Origin: Trichosphaerium sp. ATCC 40318
Lineage: Eukaryota; Protista; Tubulinea
Direction of reading: 5' to 3'
Length of the DNA: 64,000 bases
Assembly: GCA_038496445.1 (NCBI GenBank)
Contig: JALMLS010000242.1
Coordinates: 1-64,000, forward strand
Both the position numbers and the translations under genes were made by a program. This document shows, in pieces, positions 61,113 to 64,000 of this stretch. Each line of letters begins with the position of its first letter. Positions within the stretch are counted from its first letter, which is position 1. Under the pieces are notes generated by a model. That model made no database searches. It saw nothing but the letters and a program-made list of their open reading frames with translations, and was not told the origin of the DNA.

Positions 61113-62385
61113 TATGCTGTGCTAATAAAGTAAGCAAACAAGCGATTTAGAAAGTAGGTATTGCAGAAAACTGGATCTTAAATAAAATACTGATAATTGC
61201 TTATACTGTAGTATGCACGCGCAGGTGCAGTGATTAAAGCGATTTAATTGTTGTGTAGATTGAAATTATTAAAAACAACTCAAAATAAGGTTTTTAGGTT
61301 TACGCCATAAGGACACGCACAAAGAAACCTGTTAGGCTAAAATTATCTATTATAAGACGTTTCCCGACTGTTCTAACTTGCTTGCTTCTGTGTACTTTAG
61401 CTGACTTGTCGAATTACGTAGAAGGTTGTTTACCTTTTTAAGTAAGGTCAGAACATCACACAAAAACCACCAAGGTTTTTTTCCAACGTTCTGTAGGCAC
61501 ATGCCTCTTTTGGAAACCTTAGTTACCACTATTTTAATGGAATGTGATTCGATGTTGGGGTTATCGGAATTGACCTGGAAAATCGACAAAAAAGATTACT
61601 GATAATCACGTTTTCATTAGTTCGTCGGTAGTCATAACCTGAACATTCTATGGCTCAATATTTGATAAAATGGATCCAGGTGAATCAAATATTTGTGGCT
61701 TGTTACAATGTACTGAATGCTTATTGTGATTAGATTAGGCAAAAAAATGAGATTATCAATATTCTTTTTGGTCGATAATCCTCAATTCCTTCCTTTAGTT
61801 TACATTTGAAATATCCGCGCTGCATTGTTGTATTTATTAGGAGCAGTTGAGCATGAGCAGCAAGACTGGACACTTGTAGATATATCACAAAGTGCAAAAT
61901 TCACAGATCTTAGGTTCCCTTGGAAAGTTTCAAATCCGTCAAATCTGACACATTAGGGAATGACACGTACGTCAGGAATTGACTCATAATATTGATAGTG
62001 TCAAAGCCAACAGTTCTGGGATCTTAATAATTTGAACTTGCAGCTTTATTTGTCGACCTCATATCCACTCCCTCCTACACTGGCTAGTTGTTCATTCCCA
62101 ACTATCTTATAGACAGCTATACTTCTGTATAGAGTTACACAAAGTTTTCAACGCCTACTGGTAAGCATGCGAGAAGTTTCGTTTCCGTGTGTTGTACCAG
62201 ATCTCTAATTGCTAGTAAGATAGTAAAGACGCGCAGAATAGGGTTTTAAGCGCATTGAAAGTAAAATATCTCAACGCAATGCAAGTAAATCATAACACGT
62301 ATCAACTCAAACGGATACGCTGGTGGTTTTATTTAAGTATACAACGTAGGTTTCGTATCGAATACATATCTATAAGCGTGAGCAT

Positions 62386-62625
62386 TCAGATTACTCTAGC
62401 ACGCCAATTTCGCCATTCCCAGGTCGTGCAATAGCCCATTGCTTTTCCTGTAATCTGCCTCCACCACAAATTCCTGCAATTACGAGTGTAAAAAGGGCGA
62501 TACCTACTCAAGCATATCCTTTCGTTGTTACTACAACAGCAAACAGGTGATCTTATGAAACTTTGCACCTCTACAGCAACAAAAGCGAGCACTACTAACG
62601 CAAGGAGAAGGTGAGCTAAGCGCAT
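62386..62625 (-). CDS. Small secreted cationic Cys/Trp-rich peptide (antimicrobial-peptide-like)
   Basis: Intact 79-aa ORF with a clear signal peptide MRLAHLLLALVVLAFVAVEVQS. The mature part has 6 Cys, 10 Arg and 5 Trp. Confidence 0.7.
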   Translation of the reverse strand: MRLAHLLLALVVLAFVAVEVQSFIRSPVCCCSNNERICLSRYRPFYTRNCRNLWWRQITGKAMGYCTTWEWRNWRARVI

Positions 62626-64000
62626 TGTTGATAGTATTTTATGGCTAGAAAAGGGCGAAAACGACCCGATTTGACATCAAAGAAACCTAAAAAAGGAAGC
62701 GATCTTTCCCAACTAGCGCCTACCTAGAGAGAGTTAGTTAGTTATCATTGTTGGCCGCTACGCGTAGTAGATATTTACTTGACAACTAAAAGCAAAAGAA
62801 CTGCTCTATCAAGGACATCCTGAGTTTAACTACGTGGGCCACAACGTTATACTAATTGCGTAAAAGTTTCATCATGCTGGGACTATTGGACAATCTTTGC
62901 TGATTAGCGTTTGTTTAAGTGTGCAACGATGTTCATGAGCACTCCTATAACATTTGCAGCGCTTACACGTTTATCTATCTTTTATTTTTGTTCTCAACAA
63001 TCGTTACAATTGACTGCAACAGTATACCCGCGCGTAGAGTTATCTATTTTTTAGGTTTAAAGCTGCGGAAAAAACCCTGGAAGCGACTTTAAGATCAAAA
63101 CAAAGAAATATCTCGACAAGGCGACCTTCTAACATTGTGACCTTCCTCAAAACCTTTTCAATACCTCATGTTATACGTGATGGGGCGCTATACTCTCACA
63201 GTGACGGACAAAATGAGTTTACGACTATAAGCCAAAGTCAACCACAAATTTGTTTTTGGAAGACTTCTAGTGCGCTAGTAGACTCCACAACGACAAAAAT
63301 CGGAGATTGATATGTCTATTTTGAGTAAGTCTAGAAAATTAGGGAAACGAAAGTAAATTTTTAATTAGTCGCTGCCACGTTAAACTGGAACATACGATTC
63401 GATAAACTTGACATGCTTCGAATTGACTTGAACACCAAAAAAGGAAAAACTGCGTACTGTCTAAAACTAGCGTTACACACTCAATAACGAAGCGCAGGTA
63501 CGTCTGACTTTAACGTCCTATAAAGCTATAACTCGCTAGTAAGTATTAACACGCCTTAGAAGCAATACAAGACAGTACAATTCGCTATGAAGCTTTTCGT
63601 ATTTGCTCTTTGCTACATAGCTGTTATTCACTGTATTATCTCCGTTGTGGGCTGTACTGTAACGCCAGATACTGAAGTTGAAGACACAAGCAGCGCTGGC
63701 TTTACCGTTTGCGGTAAAAACCTTGGTACGTAAACAACAGCATTGTAACGCAGAAACACTCGAAACAAATAATCTCAGAAATTCGCGGAAAGGCTTGTTA
63801 CGCTCAAGTGGCGATTGTAAATAAAATTGCGGGCATTGTAAGGTACCAATCTAGCAATGTAAATTAAGATGTCTCTTATTGCTATTTAGAACACAAATGC
63901 CTGGTTTTCTAGATAAAGCATCTATTGTTATTTCTGCTGGAGTGACAGGAGGCGTGTATTTTCATGGCTCAGGAATAGTATCAACTGCTGTAAGCAATAA

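Noticed and set aside
61300-62200. Possible minus-strand gene remnant (also 2100-2650, 34700-35670 and 63640-64000)
   Set aside because: Exon-like stretches are interrupted by stops and carry no recognisable motif, so no product can be supported.

Overview
AT-rich, intron-rich eukaryotic nuclear DNA with short GT-AG introns and several GC-AG introns. The gene content suggests an amoeboid protist, but the taxon cannot be fixed from this window. The supplied ORF track is fragmented by introns, so I rebuilt gene models by eye and exon boundaries are approximate. Housekeeping genes are present (tyrosine phosphatase, BCS1, PIG-L, COX17, a DEP+TBC Rab-GAP, an ABA4-like membrane protein, an Arf-like GTPase). 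They are interleaved with fast-evolving accessory genes: F-box-LRR, F-box-NHL, F-box-small-GTPase, G-alpha-BTB, a degenerate EF-1alpha paralog, a C-type lectin, mucin-like surface proteins, inverted-duplicated class-3 lipases, a Crinkler-like tandem (REase-fold+kinase)x2 gene and a small cationic Cys/Trp-rich secreted peptide. The most striking item is one large gene (~48.9-54.4 kb) encoding MORN repeats, a degenerate GTPase, Roc-COR, a PARP-type ADP-ribosyltransferase with an intact H-Y-E triad, and a pseudo-receiver domain. That layout resembles a sensor-switch-effector immune receptor. A second theme is catalytically altered GTPases, two of them fused to Cullin adaptors (possible decoys). 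A third is a roughly ten-fold excess of CACGTG. No rRNA, tRNA, CRISPR array or transposase was recognised.
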